DNA of 64,000 bases from Neocallimastix sp. 'constans' (GCA_050613775.1 JBODTK010000128.1:186001-250000); one strand, 5' to 3'. Positions 42,099-63,914 are shown, counted from the first letter of the stretch. Notes: a model not told the origin generated them from the sequence alone. Made by a program: numbers and translations.

Positions 42099-44235
42099 AT
42101 GTGTATTGTTTTTTTTATTTTTGGTCACCCAAAATATAAGCTGTAAGTTGTTATTATTATCAATATATTTATTTTATTTTATTTTATTTTATTTAGTTTA
42201 TAAAAAATAATAAATATATAATGATAATAAAAAAAATATTCCTTTAAAAATATATAATAATATAAATATTAAAAATATATAATGATAATAAAAAAAAATA
42301 ACACTATAAAAAGTCATTTAACTATTTTATGAATTTATTGTTATTTATTATTATTATTACTTATAAATAATTAATTTTAATTCGTATTAGTTTAATATAT
42401 ATATATTCAAAATGGATATATATAAAAATTTGTAATTTTTTTTTTTTAGATATTATCTAAAAATAAAAATGTATAAATCATAGTAATTAAAGTTTTAAAA
42501 ATTTAATTAAATTTAAAAAAATTTTAAAATGTTTACTTCTTATGTTACTTTGTAAAAAATTAAAATTTATTATAATATATTAATGCTTATTTATAAAATA
42601 AATAAATTATAGTTTAATTATTTTTATTATTATTATAATTATTATTATTATTATTTTTTAGATATTTATATATATATATTTTAAATAGTTCATTTTTAAA
42701 TAATTAATAATAATATTATTTTATTAATCTGTTTTCTTTTTTTTTTTCTTTTATATTATATTTATATCTTAATGTATAATTTAAATTAATATATATATAT
42801 AGAATTTTAGCTTCTAATCGAGATGAATCCTTAAAAAGACCAACTCAAACTGCTGATTTTTGGAATATTGATGAAAATATTATAGCAGCGATTGATCTTG
42901 CCACCGTTACTCATATTAATAAACCTAATAAAGATCTTAACAATAAAAAATCCACAAAACTGAAACGTTGTTCTCTTCCATCCACCATTAATACTTATGA
43001 GAAACAACTTTTAAATGAAATATTGAAAAAAAATATATCCTCCAGTCACTCCTCATTATCAGAATCTTTGAATATGGAATGTGGCCAACAACAACAACAT
43101 CCAGAAAAAAATTTAGAAAAACAAAGTAATATTAATAATATTTATAAAACTGAAAAGAAAATATCTGGTTATGGTACATGGTTAGGTTGTACCCGGCAAG
43201 GTCTTTTCTCTACTCTAACGAATTTTCGTGAAGATCCCAACTCATTAAATCCAAATGCTATCTCCAGAGGATATCTTGTACGTGATTTCTTATTATTAAA
43301 ATCTTTATATAATAAAAGTAAAAATAATTCTATTGAAAATTCAAAAAAAAATTCCATTTTAAATGAGGAAAAAAGAAAAAAAGAAAACTCTATAACAATA
43401 GCTACTACTTCTACTACAACTACAACTACTACTTCTACTACTACTACTTCTAGTCATCATAGAATTAGAATGCATCATCCACTTAATCAAGCCCCTGAAA
43501 AAGTTTTAAAAAGATATAAAGAAGAAGATCGATTATATGCCATGGAAGAAGAAAAAGAGAAAGAAAAGAAAATGGCTGCTGTTACTGCTACTGCTAAAGC
43601 AACTGAAAATAATATCAATAATCATGAAAATGAATCCATGAATATGAGATTGAATGAAGGGGAAGATGATCTAATTGATTTTCCATATGAATATATGAAA
43701 TATGTTAATAAGAATAAAGATAAATATAATGGATTTAATTTAATTATAGGAGATGTATCTCTACCGGAACCAAGTGTTTGGTATATTGGAAATAAGGATG
43801 ATTTAGGTACTCAAAAATTGAATAAGAATACGGTTTATGGAATGTCGAATGGATCCCTTAATACCTATTGGAAAAAAATTGAACGTGGTAAAAAATTATT
43901 TGCAAGAGCTGTAGAAAGTCATACCGATCTAAATGATCTTGTTCATAAACTTTTAAATGTTTTAAGTGATAAAAAGGATGTACCCATGGATCAGCTACCA
44001 AAAACAGCATTTGAACCAAAATTAGAAAAATGTTGTGCCCCCATCTGTATAGAAAAGGAACGTTTTAATGGAACCATATTTGAAAATGATTACGCTACTC
44101 GAACTCATACAGTCATCATTATTGATAATGACAATCGTGTAACCTTTGTGGAACAAGATCAATATGATACCATCTCTAATAATTATGTTATGAAACAACA
44201 ATGTTATGTTTTCCCTTCGCATGATCACGCTATTG

Positions 44236-44273
<38 letters not shown>

Positions 44274-45035
44274 GTTGGTCCAATGACACTTCCTTCTCTT
44301 CCTTCTATTCCTTCTATTCCTTCTATTCCTAATATTCCTAATATTTCTTCTCTTTCTACTATTTCTTCTATTCCTTCTTCAATTACTCCAATCTCCTCTT
44401 TTTCTCCAATTCAAGATGAACTCATTTCCTCTACTACCACTTTCCATTCATCTCCACTGAATGCTAGTTATAGTCGTAGTGGTATGACGATGCCTATAAA
44501 TATTCCAAGAAATCGTCATAGTCATCAATCTTACGGTAGTTCCTATGGTACCTATGGTAATTCCTTCCATAGAGCCTATACCACTTCTTTTGCTTCCGAT
44601 AATCCCTATTATTATTCCCCTACTCGAGGTCATCACAGCTTTGATAATCTTTATCTCAATTATAATAGTTATCATAAAAATCCTCTTTCCAATCCTACGC
44701 CAATGTCACTCTCAAGTATTGAAAGTATTACAGGTAATACTTTAACAGCATTTTCAACTTCTAATTCATCTACCACCGCTGCCACCACCACCATCTCCAC
44801 TTCCAATAACAATAGCAGTAGCAATAGCAATAACATTAGAAATAATTATTTATTCAATACAACAACGAAAACGAGAAGAAAAGTTAAACCTATCCTTCCA
44901 AAAATATTATCTGAAACATCATATAATTCTCTATTTTCAAAAAAAGAGGAAGAAGAGGAGGAAGACTATTTCCAAGACAAAGAAAAAGAAAATACTTTGA
45001 TTGGGGATGATCTTCCTAATGATGATGGTGACATT

Positions 45036-45079
<44 letters not shown>

Positions 45080-45446
45080 AAATAATGAAAATATATTTAA
45101 ATATGATGATAATGATCATGATGATGATCATGAATTTTTTAATAACTCAAATGAGGATTATGAAGAAGAAAATAATGATTATTTAAGTAATGAAGTGGAA
45201 AAGATGAGTATTGAATCCTCCTCACCCACCCGAACCTTTGAAATGAATCCTTCGCTACCATCAAAATCAATGGAAAAGATGCCCAATCTTTTTTCATGTA
45301 CACCAATTACCCCTTCTGTATTTAACTTTTTTGAATCGATGGCATCCAACGATCCCACCGATAGACTTAACGAATCTCAATATGTTAAAAGAAATGTGCA
45401 TGACTTATCGAAAGCCAATATTCATCAATTTAAATTAAAAATTTGA
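42099..45446 (+). CDS. TANGO2: TANGO2/NRDE-family protein with low-complexity insertions and a long C-terminal extension, ~895 aa; exons 42099-42142, 42803-45446
   Basis: Spliced N-terminus MCIVFFIFGHPKYKL|ILASNRDESLKRPT. Later motifs GTWLGCTRQG..STLTNFRE, SRGYLVRDFL, YNGFNLIIGD, YGMSNG..NTYWKKIERGK and YATRTHTVIIID. Exon 2 is in frame with ORF 43023..45446. Confidence 0.9.
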
Positions 45447-45499
45447 AATGATCTTAAAGTATAAAAAAACATAAATATACAAATATAAATGTAAATATA

Positions 45500-45542
<43 letters not shown>

Positions 45543-46149
45543 TAAAAAAAATTTTTTTTTTTTTTTTTGTAATTTTGCAACTATATAAAAAAAAAATGTA
45601 AAGAAAAAAAAAAATAACAATAAAAAAATAAAAAATAAAAAATAAAAAATAAAAAATATATATATATAACAATATCAATAATACTAATAAAAATGAAAAA
45701 ATGAAAAAAACTTTTTTTTTTTTTTTTTTTTTGTTTATGTAATAAAAATTTATATATATATATTTAAGGATATAATATTAATTTATTTATTTTCTTTTTT
45801 TAATGTTTCATTGTAATGAAATAAAAAAAAAAATTATTAATGAAAAAAAAAGAAAAAAATAATAATATATTATGAATAAAAATGGTTCTATAAATTTTTA
45901 ATCTTTTAATAATTTTTTTTTTTTTTAAAAAAATTTTAATTAAAATTTTATACATTAAAATAATATTAATAATAAAATAAAAATAAATAAAGCATTAATA
46001 TATATATATATATAAAAATAAATAAAAAAAAAAAAATAAAAATAAAAATTGACTAAATATTAATAATTTAATGATTATTAAATGATTATTATTATTATTA
46101 TTATTACTACTAATTAATTAATTATTATTATTAGTATTATTATAAATTA

Positions 46150-46184
<35 letters not shown>

Positions 46185-46338
46185 GAAATTATAATATTAT
46201 TAATGAAGATATTTCTATTATAATTATAAATAGTACATTAATAATTAAAAAAAAAAAATAAATAAAAAAATTTTTTTTCTACGGTTACGACGTTTTTTTT
46301 TATATATATAAGAAGGCGTAAAGTTAAATCATTAAAAC

Positions 46339-49775
<3,437 letters not shown>

Positions 49776-50145
49776 TTTTTATTAGTTATTAATAAATGTT
49801 GAAAAATATATAAATAAGATAAATATATAAGATAAAGGAAAAGAAAAATAATTATATTTGAATAAAAAATTATATATGAAAAAAAAAGTTATAAGTAATT
49901 ATAAAAAACATAATTAAATATATAATTTTTTTTTTATAATGCTCGTAATATAATTATTAATTATAATTATTCTATTATAATTATAAAAAAAATAAAATAT
50001 AAAATTAAAAATAAAAAAAAAAAAAAAAAATTGAAAATTCGTTATTTAAATTATTTGATTGGATAATATTTATTAAATTATTATTTCAATTTTTTTAATT
50101 TCAATCAATTATACTATTAAGAAACTATTTATTTATAAAATTTCT

Positions 50146-50245
<100 letters not shown>

Positions 50246-50938
50246 TATCTTTTAAATAAGATTATAATTAAATATTAATAAATATAAAAATCATTGTTTT
50301 ATACATTATTATTCATTATTTATTTTTTCCATAGTTTATTTAATCCATTATTTAATCCATTATTTACTTACTCCTTAATTTATTCCATTATTTTTATATT
50401 TCCATTATTTTTTTTTTCAATTATTTCTTATTAATTATTTTTTATTAATTATTTATTTAAAATTTTTCAATAAAATAATAATAATAATAAATTAATAAAT
50501 AAATATATATTTTTATAAAAAATTTATAATATTAACTTTCTAGTAATTAATTTATTAATATAATAGTGAATAATAAATATAATAAATAAAAAAAAATAAA
50601 AGTAATACCCAAGTTTTGTTTTATTTTATTTATATCAATTTTAATATTTTATTATGAATATAAATTCAAAATAATCTTATAATATTCACTACATTCACTT
50701 GCACATAACTCAAAAACCCAAATATAAGTTAACTTTAATAACCAATAAATTGAACTTTATTACCATAATTAAGAAATTATCATTTACTTCTACATGTTAC
50801 ATATACGGAATATTAATGAATATTTATAACTAGACATGCATGCTTATGGGTGGAAGACAATGTTCTTTTACTTCTCTTCAATTTTTTATCTAAAGTTTAT
50901 TTTTTATAAAAAAAATTTTTTATACAACACAAAAATAT

Positions 50939-50969
<31 letters not shown>

Positions 50970-50973
<4 letters not shown>

Positions 50974-51700
50974 TTGTTTATTATTTATTATTTAATTATT
51001 TATTATTTATTATTTATTATTTATTATTTATTATTTATTATTTATTATTTATTATTTATTATTTATTATTTATTATTTATTATTTATTATTTATTATTAT
51101 TATTTATTATTTATTATTTTATATTTATTATTTATTATTATTTATTATTTATTATTTATTATTTATTTTTTATTATTTATTATTTATTATTTATTATTTA
51201 TTATTTATTATTTATTATTTATTATTTATTATTTATTATTTATTATTTATTATTATTATTTATTATTTATTATTTTATATTTATTATTTATTATTATTTA
51301 TTATTTATTATTTATTATTTATTATTTATTATTTATTATTTATTATTTATTATTTATTATTTATTATTTATTATTCAATTATTTATTATTTATTATTTAA
51401 TTATTTATTATTTATTATTTATTATTTATTATTTATTATTTATTATTTATTATTTATTATTTATTATTTAATTATTTATTATTTATTATTTATTATTTAT
51501 TATTTATTATTTATTATTTATTATTTATTATTTATTATTTATTATTTATTATTTATTATTTATTATTTAATTATTTATTATTTATTATTTATTATTTATT
51601 ATTTATTATTTATTATTTATTATTTATTATTTATTATTTAATTATTTATTATTTAGAAAATCGAAATTATTATTTATTATTTATTATTTAATTATTTAAT
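50970..51700. repeat. (ATTTATT)n heptamer array (reverse orientation of the AATAAAT family)
   Basis: Directly visible; source of the spurious 211-aa ORF. Confidence 0.95.
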
Positions 51701-53072
51701 GATTTATTATTATTTAAAACTATTAATAATATATAAATAAACATTATATAATTTAATTGTATATTAAATTCAAATAAATTAAATGTATATTAAAAATTAA
51801 AGTAAATATATAATAATTAATATATTTTTTAAATTTTGTTTTTTTTTTTATTCTTTTGTATATTTTTTTTTAATTTATTTTTTTTAAAATAAATATAAGT
51901 AATAATATATTAATATATATTAGAATTAATTTATAAACTAAATAAAAATCAATTAATGATAGGTTTAATTAGGATAATTAAACTTTATTTTTATAGCGTG
52001 TTATGACATTTAAAACTTTAAAAAATATAAAAGTGTACATTTTCATTACATTCAAAGTTTGATTTGAGGCTTATTGAAAGATAGTTACATGTAATACGGC
52101 AAGAATTTTATGTAATATCATTTTAAACAATTAAAAACAATGTTAAACAATTATTTTAATTTTAACGACTTTTCTTTTCTTTCCTTTTCTTTTCATTTTT
52201 TCATTTTTTCTTTTTTTTTTCATTTTTTCATTTTTTCCATTTTTTTTACTTGTTATCTAAATAGTCAATCCAAAAGTTTAAGATGTTTCTAATAAATTTT
52301 AAAAATTAAAAAAATATTATGGCTTTACAAAGAAAAAAATGTTATTTTTATTTATTTTAAGAATTAAAGAAAAATAAAATTAATAAATGTAAAAATAAAA
52401 ATAAAAATTATTAATAAAAAAAAAATTAAAAAAAATAAAAAAAAAAAAAAAAAAAAAAGAAAAAAAGAATTAATTTTATTTTATTTCATTTTATTTTATT
52501 TAAAGGATTATTAAAATATTTTTATTTAACTTTTATTATTTTATTCATTTATTTTACTGTACTTTTAATTATTAAAGTTTATGAAATTTATAAACAACAT
52601 CTTAGTCATTATTAATTCATTATATTTAATAAATAAATAAAACAAGATTACAGTATTAGGAAAAAAAAATTTTTTTTTTTTTTATTTGATTAAAATATAA
52701 AAAAATTTAATTGATAATAAAGAAATATTCTTTATTTAAAATAAAAAAAAAAATTTTTTTTATATATTTTTTTACATATATATAAAAATTATTTTTTCTT
52801 TATTTTTGAATTTTTTTTTATTTTTATTTTTAAAAAATTTAAAAAAAAAAAAAAAAGGAAAAATATTATAATTTACAAATAAAAATAAAATAAAATAGGA
52901 AATAAAATAAAAAAACCAAAAAAGAAATATATTTATATTATATTTTTAATAATTATTATTTTGTATATAAAGAGAAATCTCAATAAATCTATTATTTTTT
53001 TTTTTTGACTGTAAAAGAAAAAATTAAAGATTATATTTATATATTTTTTTATAATATATATATAGAAAAAGG

Positions 53073-53108
<36 letters not shown>

Positions 53109-53142
53109 AAACTTTAAAAGTTATTAAGATAAATATTATAAA

Positions 53143-53604
53143 ATGAGTACTAATTCAAAGGAAAAATTAATTAAATCCGATAATCCACCAGAATATAATT
53201 CAACAGAATCTTTAAATAAAGATACTGTGATTGATGTTGATAATGAAAAGCCACCACGTTATTCAGAATATCCACCAAGACCACAAATGGGTACAACCAG
53301 TAATGAACCTGAACTTCCAGAAGATAGAAATGCAAAAGATGAATACGGTAGACCAATTCATTGTTACAGAGGTGGTGCTCATGACTGGGAAGAAAGTTAT
53401 GCTAGTTGGGGTATTTGTTTAGCTGTATTCTGTTGCCCATGTGGTGGTATCTATTGTTGTAATAAATTGAAGGATGCTAAATGTAAGAAATGTGGTTATG
53501 TATTTGAAGCTTTCCCAGATAAAGAAACTAAACCAGACCCAGCTGGTGAACAAGCTAGACGTTTAGGTTTTGTTGCTGGTTATATTGCTGGAAGTGTAAA
53601 TTAG
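53143..53604 (+). CDS. Small Cys-rich membrane-associated protein, BRI3/LITAF-like, with two PPxY motifs, 153 aa, intronless
   Basis: Coding-like composition and an AAAATG start. PPEY and PPRY motifs, then C....H, a hydrophobic WGICLAVFCCPCGGIYCC stretch and KCKKCG, matching the BRI3-type layout (recognised by eye). Confidence 0.75.
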   Translation: MSTNSKEKLIKSDNPPEYNSTESLNKDTVIDVDNEKPPRYSEYPPRPQMGTTSNEPELPEDRNAKDEYGRPIHCYRGGAHDWEESYASWGICLAVFCCPCGGIYCCNKLKDAKCKKCGYVFEAFPDKETKPDPAGEQARRLGFVAGYIAGSVN

Positions 53605-53624
53605 ATTGGAAAGTGTAATTAAGG

Positions 53625-53660
<36 letters not shown>

Positions 53661-54513
53661 CTAAGGCAAAATAATTAATTGAATTATTTAATTTAATTAA
53701 ATAAAAATAAAAATATATAAAATGTAAATATTTTTATAAAAAAAAAAAAATTATTATTTTGTTTATTACATTACAAATATATATATAGTATTATATAGTA
53801 TATATAATTATATTTATATATAATAATTTATTAACTAAAAAATATAATATATAATTATTATTATTTTATTTTATTTTTTTAAAAAAAAAAAAGAAAAAAG
53901 AAAAACGTTATTACTAACAATAATAATAGTCAATAGTAATAGGCAAATATGTCAATTAAAATACTATCAATAAAAAGTTAAAAAAAAAAAAAAAAAGTAA
54001 AAAAATAAATATATATACATAATATTTATATGCTTTTAAATTAAATATTTTTTTTAAAAAAAAAAATTAGTAAATTATATAAAATGTATTAATAATTAAA
54101 TAAACATAATTTAAATAAATATTTATATGTATAAATAATTTATAACAAAATAAGTAAATATGGAGAAAAAAAAATTAGAAAAAAATAAAAAAAAAAATAA
54201 AATAAAATAGAAAAATAGAAAAAATAAAAAATAATTATTATATTTTATAATAGTTTTTTTTTTTTTTTTTTTTGTTTTTTTTTTTTTTTGTTTTTTATTT
54301 TTTTTGTTTTTTGTTTTTGCTTTTAGTTTAGTTTAGTTTTTTTCTTTTTGTTTTGTTTTGTTATTAAATGAAACTAAAATATATTATACCATTATTTTAT
54401 TTTATTTTATTTTATTTTGTGTTTTATTTTTTGTTTATTTTTTTATCTTTTTTTCTTTTATTACATGTATTTTATCATATATTTAATTAATAAAGATGAA
54501 ACAAGTTCGCTTA

Positions 54514-54555
<42 letters not shown>

Positions 54556-54888
54556 TTTTGTTATATTTTTAAGTTGGTTTTTATGTTATTACCATTTAAA
54601 TTTTTATTTTACTCATAATATATCCCTATATATATGGTTATGAATTATTGTTAATATTTTAATATTATATATATGAATTATTGTTAATCTTTTAATATTA
54701 TATATATATAAGAATATAAATTTTCATTTTTTATTTTTTATCTTATATTTTTATTTTATTTTTTTTTTATTATTATTATACTTCATACTCTAAAATAATA
54801 CTATTATTCGAAATTTTATATTTTAATAATAAAATAATAATGTTTTTTCTTTCCTCCTTTTTTTTTTTTTTTTTTTTTATCTTTTTCT

Positions 54889-54937
<49 letters not shown>

Positions 54938-55256
54938 AAATAAAAAATTACTAAATATGAAATATTATACAAATCTTTAGTTGATTTACTTTTTCGGTTC
55001 TCAAAATACATTTTATTTATTTATTTACTTATTGGTTTATTTATTTATTTTTATTATTTATTTATTTACTTATTGGTTTATTTATTTATTTATTATTTAA
55101 ATATTTTTATTTATTATTAAATATTTTTATTATTTTATTTAAATAGTGAAAATATAACAAATGAGAGTATATAAAAAAAAAAAAATTAGAAATCTAATAA
55201 AAAATAATAATAAAAAATAATAAAAACTAATAAAAAAATAAAAAATAAATAATAAA

Positions 55257-55320
<64 letters not shown>

Positions 55321-56148
55321 AGAAATCAAATTTATATATACATTTATATATATTACTAAAATTATTAGAATTATTTAAATTGTTTTTTCTTTTTTGATAT
55401 TTATTTCATTGCAATAGCTAAACATAAATATATCACATTTTATATAAATAAAAAAAAAAAAAAAAAGAACTTAATATAAAATAATAAATTTAGATATAAA
55501 ATTTAGATATAAAATTTAGAAATGAAAGAACATGAACTTGGAGATTATCATAATTTTTGGCCAAGTTAAAAAAAAAAAAATAAAAATAAATTAATTTATT
55601 ATTTAATTATAATAATTAAAATTATTATGAAATTCTTAATAAAATTAAATGTTCAAGATATTTTAAGAAACTTTAATAAATGTAAAAAATTAATATAAAA
55701 ATTTAATAAACAATTAATAATAGATTTTTATTATATTTACTTAAATTTTTATTTATTTTTTTTCTTTTAAACAAAAACCTTTACGAATAAAAGGAAAAAA
55801 AATAAAAAAAAAAAAAAAATTAAATAATAAAATTTAAATCATATAGGTATTATAAATATATATTTTTATTTTATAATTGAAATTCAAAAATTAAAAACAA
55901 AACTATTAATTATTTTTTTTTACTTTTGTTATCTATAAATTTATAATAATAATAATAAAATAATTATCAATCAAATATAAAATTATTTTAATTTTATTTT
56001 TATGTCAAAATCATAAAAATTAAAATATTTTTCTTTATATCCTATATATTTAATATCATTATCAATTTTTATTATAAAAAAAAAAAAAAAAATGAAAATA
56101 ATATAAAAATTAAAAAAAAATAATAATAAAAATAAAAAGTTAATAAAA

Positions 56149-57160
56149 ATGGATTTAAATAGAAAAGTCTCACCTGATACAGGTTATCTTGATATTACTC
56201 CATTCTCCGTGGGTTACTCTGATTTTTCTTTTTTAATTTGGTTTACTCCCTTACAACCAGAATCAAAAGATATTAAAACCATTTTCTGTTATGAAAAGGG
56301 TTCACCAGATAATAAGTAATAATAATAGTCATAATAAAGCTATTAATAAATTTAAGATGTGGATGAATTAAAAAAAATAAATAAATAAATAAATATAAAT
56401 AAAATGCTATTATTAGTATTTTTTTTTTTTAAGAAAAGAATGAAATATTCTTACAATCAAAAATATTATATTGATAAAAAAAAAATACTTTCAATTGTTA
56501 ATGATAAAAGTAATAATAAATATTCAGTATGAGATATGAAATTATTGATTTGTGAAGAATTACTATTATTACAAAGTAAATTCAAAAATCAAAGAAATTC
56601 AATTGATGGAAATTGAAAAATTTCAATTATCATTTACAATATTATAATAAACGAAAGGATAATTATTATATGTTTATTGATAAAACATTTTATTCTTAAT
56701 TTTAATAAAAATGAAAAAAAAAATAAAAAATAAAATAAAATAAAAATCTTATTACAAAAATGAGGATTCAATCTAATAATTTAATGTAGTATACATTTAC
56801 TATAAAAATAATATATATATATATATATATATAAATAAGCCCTAGTTTCAATTCATATATAATTTTAAACAATTTTAATAATAATAATAATGAAAAGAAT
56901 GATTTTATAATAAAATGATTTTATTAAATTATTATTATTAATAATAATGACTATTTTTTTTTTTAAAATGGAATTTTTAAAAATGAAAATGATAAATAAT
57001 AGTAATAGTAACAGTAAAAATAATTGAAATTTATTTAATATTTTTGAATATAAGTATATAAATAATTTCATTTATGTTCAAAATAATTATTTTAAAACGA
57101 AAAACAAAAACAAAAAAAAAAAAAAAAAAAGAAAAGCCGAAACTTTTTTTTTTTTTTTTA

Positions 57161-57191
<31 letters not shown>

Positions 57192-58026
57192 GTAATAATA
57201 ACAATATATAATATATAATTATAATATTATTTTTAAACCATTATTTTATTAGTTATCAATTTAGCCTTGATCTTTCAGCTGATGGTAAATTAACGTTCCA
57301 TTGTTCAAATGAAACAAATACTATATCAACAGGTGAAAATTTACAATCTATTGAATCAGTAATTTATAATAAAGTTAATGTGGTTGCTGTTGTCAGAAGA
57401 CATAATGAAATCAATTTATATTTAAATAATGGTTTATCAGGTGTCTTCAAAAGTAATGAAATAATAAAATGTTATTCATATGAAGAAGATGAGCAATCTT
57501 CTTCCAAAGGTAATCAAATTTACTTTAGACTTGGTGCTAAAACAAATCGTGGTTTAGTAGCTTCAAATGAATTTGATGGTATTATTGATCGATTCATATT
57601 TAAATTAGAAGCTTTTAATGAAGGTGTAATTACTTGTAAGTAAACCAAAACACTACGCCTTATATCGATACATATGCATATTATATATATATATATATTA
57701 TTTTTTATATCATTTTTAGTATACTTCAAAAAAAAAAATTTTTTTTTCTTATATATATAATTAATTAAATCCATAAAATTATAAACTAAAAATTTTGAAA
57801 TATTTACAAATTATATCATTATTTATATATATATATATATATATTTATATCTATCTATATATTTTTATTATATATATATATTTATTTATTTTTTAATAAA
57901 TAACCTATAATAGCTTATGGATCAGATTTAAGTGGAAACTTTGCTACTTCCTATACTCAACAATTACCATCCTATAATTCACAAGATTTCTATAGATTAG
58001 GTGAAGATTTACCACCACCATATTAA
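56149..58026 (+). CDS. Concanavalin A-like/Laminin G-like domain protein with a C-terminal PPPY, ~220 aa; exons 56149-56315, 57253-57635, 57914-58026 (5' end uncertain)
   Basis: Three coding-like islands join in frame through GT..AG introns (phases 2 and 1). DFSFLIWF, VAVVRRHNEINLYLN and FDGIIDRFIF resemble Laminin_G_3 strands. The protein ends LPSY...LPPPY*. Confidence 0.7.
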
Positions 58027-58541
58027 ATAAATAAATAAATAAATAAAATAAAATAAAAAAAAAAACTATATATTTATGTATAAAAAAAAATTAGCTTTTA
58101 ACTATCTTAATCTATTGAAGTCAATAAAAGTAAAATAAAAATGTATTAACCAAAAAAAAAAAAAATAATAATAATAATAATAATAAATAAATAAATAAAA
58201 ATAAAAATAAAAATTAAAAATTAAATAATAATAATAATAAATAATATATTAATAATATTATTATTAATTATATTAATATTAAAAATAATTATTTAAATTC
58301 ATTCATTAGTTAATATTGGTTGGACTTTTTTTTATTTTATTTATCATTATTTAATTTTTAAATTAAAAATTAAAAAAATTTTATTTTATTATATTCTATT
58401 TTTTTTTTTTTATTTTTTTGTTTTTATATTTATTTTTTTTTTTTTTTTTTTTTTATATTTAATAATTATATATAATTTTTAACTTTTTTATTCAAATAAA
58501 AATAAAAATAAAAATAAAAATAAAAATAAAAATAAAATAAA

Positions 58542-58576
<35 letters not shown>

Positions 58577-58667
58577 GATAAAAATAAAATACCCAAACTA
58601 ATTTTAAAAAAGTAAAAAAGGAAAATAAATTTTAACAATTAAAAAAATTAAAATACTATTATAACAA

Positions 58668-62359
<3,692 letters not shown>

Positions 62360-63354
62360 AATAATTAATCAAAAAAAATATATGAAAATAAATAAATCTA
62401 TTATATATACCATCATTATTATATTATCAACCTAATAAATTAGAGGAAAAGAAAAAAAAAAAAATCAAGAGTGAAATAATTATTAATCCTTTTTTTTTTT
62501 TTTATTTTTTTTATACTTTTTGTGTATTATACTATATATATATATATATTTGTTCAGAGTCAAGGAATTTAGGGTTTATAATTATGTCAACTTTTTAAAT
62601 ATATTTTGTAATAAAGAGTTACTTGTATTTAATTATTCTAAATTAAATGCTTTTATATTAATATATTGTGGATTATACATAAATTATATTTTATAATATT
62701 ATGTTTCAATCCATTTGAAGCTTATTTTTTTTCATGTATTTCCCATATTCTAATATTCCCCTTTAAACCTAGTTATTCTATAACGAATAAATTGGTTTAC
62801 TGGTGAATAGGCACTGGTGAATATGTGTATATAAAAAATTATCCTCCTATTTTATAATATTAACTTGGATATTATTAAAACAATTAGTTATTTTTATTCT
62901 AAATTAATTTTTTAATTTTTCTATGAATAAAATAATAATCTTTTTACATTATAACTAACTCTTTTTAATTCGATTGAAGTATTTCAAATATAAAAAAAAT
63001 ACCTCAAAATTCCCACTGCCCTGTCTGTAACGTAGGGTGGGTACACACCAGAATAAAAAAAAAATTTTTTTCTTTTAACTATTATAAAATAGAGTATTAT
63101 TTTTTATATTAATTATTTCACTTGATTATTAATAAATTTTAGAGATATGTACATGAACATTAAAAGTATTAAATATTTACATAGAAATATGTATTAATAT
63201 AAATAATATTATTAATTTACATGATTTAAATTTTATTTTTACATAAATATTTATGTAAAAAGTTTTTTTATAAAATTTAATTTTTTTTATATTACTAGAT
63301 TATTTAATATTGTTTTTAATACTTTAATAATTAAAAAAATAAATAAATAAAAAA

Positions 63355-63475
63355 ATAAATAATAATTAAATAATTAAATAATAAATAATAAATAATAAAT
63401 AATTGAATAATAAATAATAAATAAATAATAAATAATAAATAATAAATAATAAATAATAAATAATAAATAATAATA
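63355..63475. repeat. (AATAAAT)n heptamer array
   Basis: Directly visible. Confidence 0.9.
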
Positions 63476-63881
63476 AAAATCTTATATTTATAAAGATTTT
63501 TATTATTATTTATAAGTGTAAAAATTTTTACTATATTAAAAATTATTTAATAAACATTCTTTAAATAAATATTTTTTTTATACTTGTGTTTATTATTTTT
63601 CGAATTTTTAATATTATATTTATATTTTTATTATTATTGTATTTAAGATTTGATATTTATTAATCAAATAATAAAATATAAATATTTTTTAAATTAAGAA
63701 ATTAAACAATTAAAAAAAAAAAAAAATTAAAAAAAATAATAAAAGGTTATAAATTTATTTCTAACTGTCTACTAGTTATGGTATTTATATCTTAATACAA
63801 ATTAAAACAAATAATAAATTTAAAAAGTAGTATTAAAAATTATTATAAAATACTAAATTTATAATAATATATATTTATCAT

Positions 63882-63914
<33 letters not shown>

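Noticed and set aside
43023..43025. ORF-track start (TTG) of the 807-aa protein
   Set aside because: The frame is open upstream to the acceptor at 42803, and the family-typical MC start lies in an exon at 42099.
50838..50868. TGCTTATGGGTGGAAGACAATGTTCTT resembling parts of the 37.9-kb mini element
   Set aside because: The match is short and gapped, with no hairpins, poly(A) or TSD; probably chance.
50836..51471. 211-aa hydrophobic ORF, and the similar ORF at 19098..19538
   Set aside because: Translation of the heptamer satellite (YYLLFII repeats).
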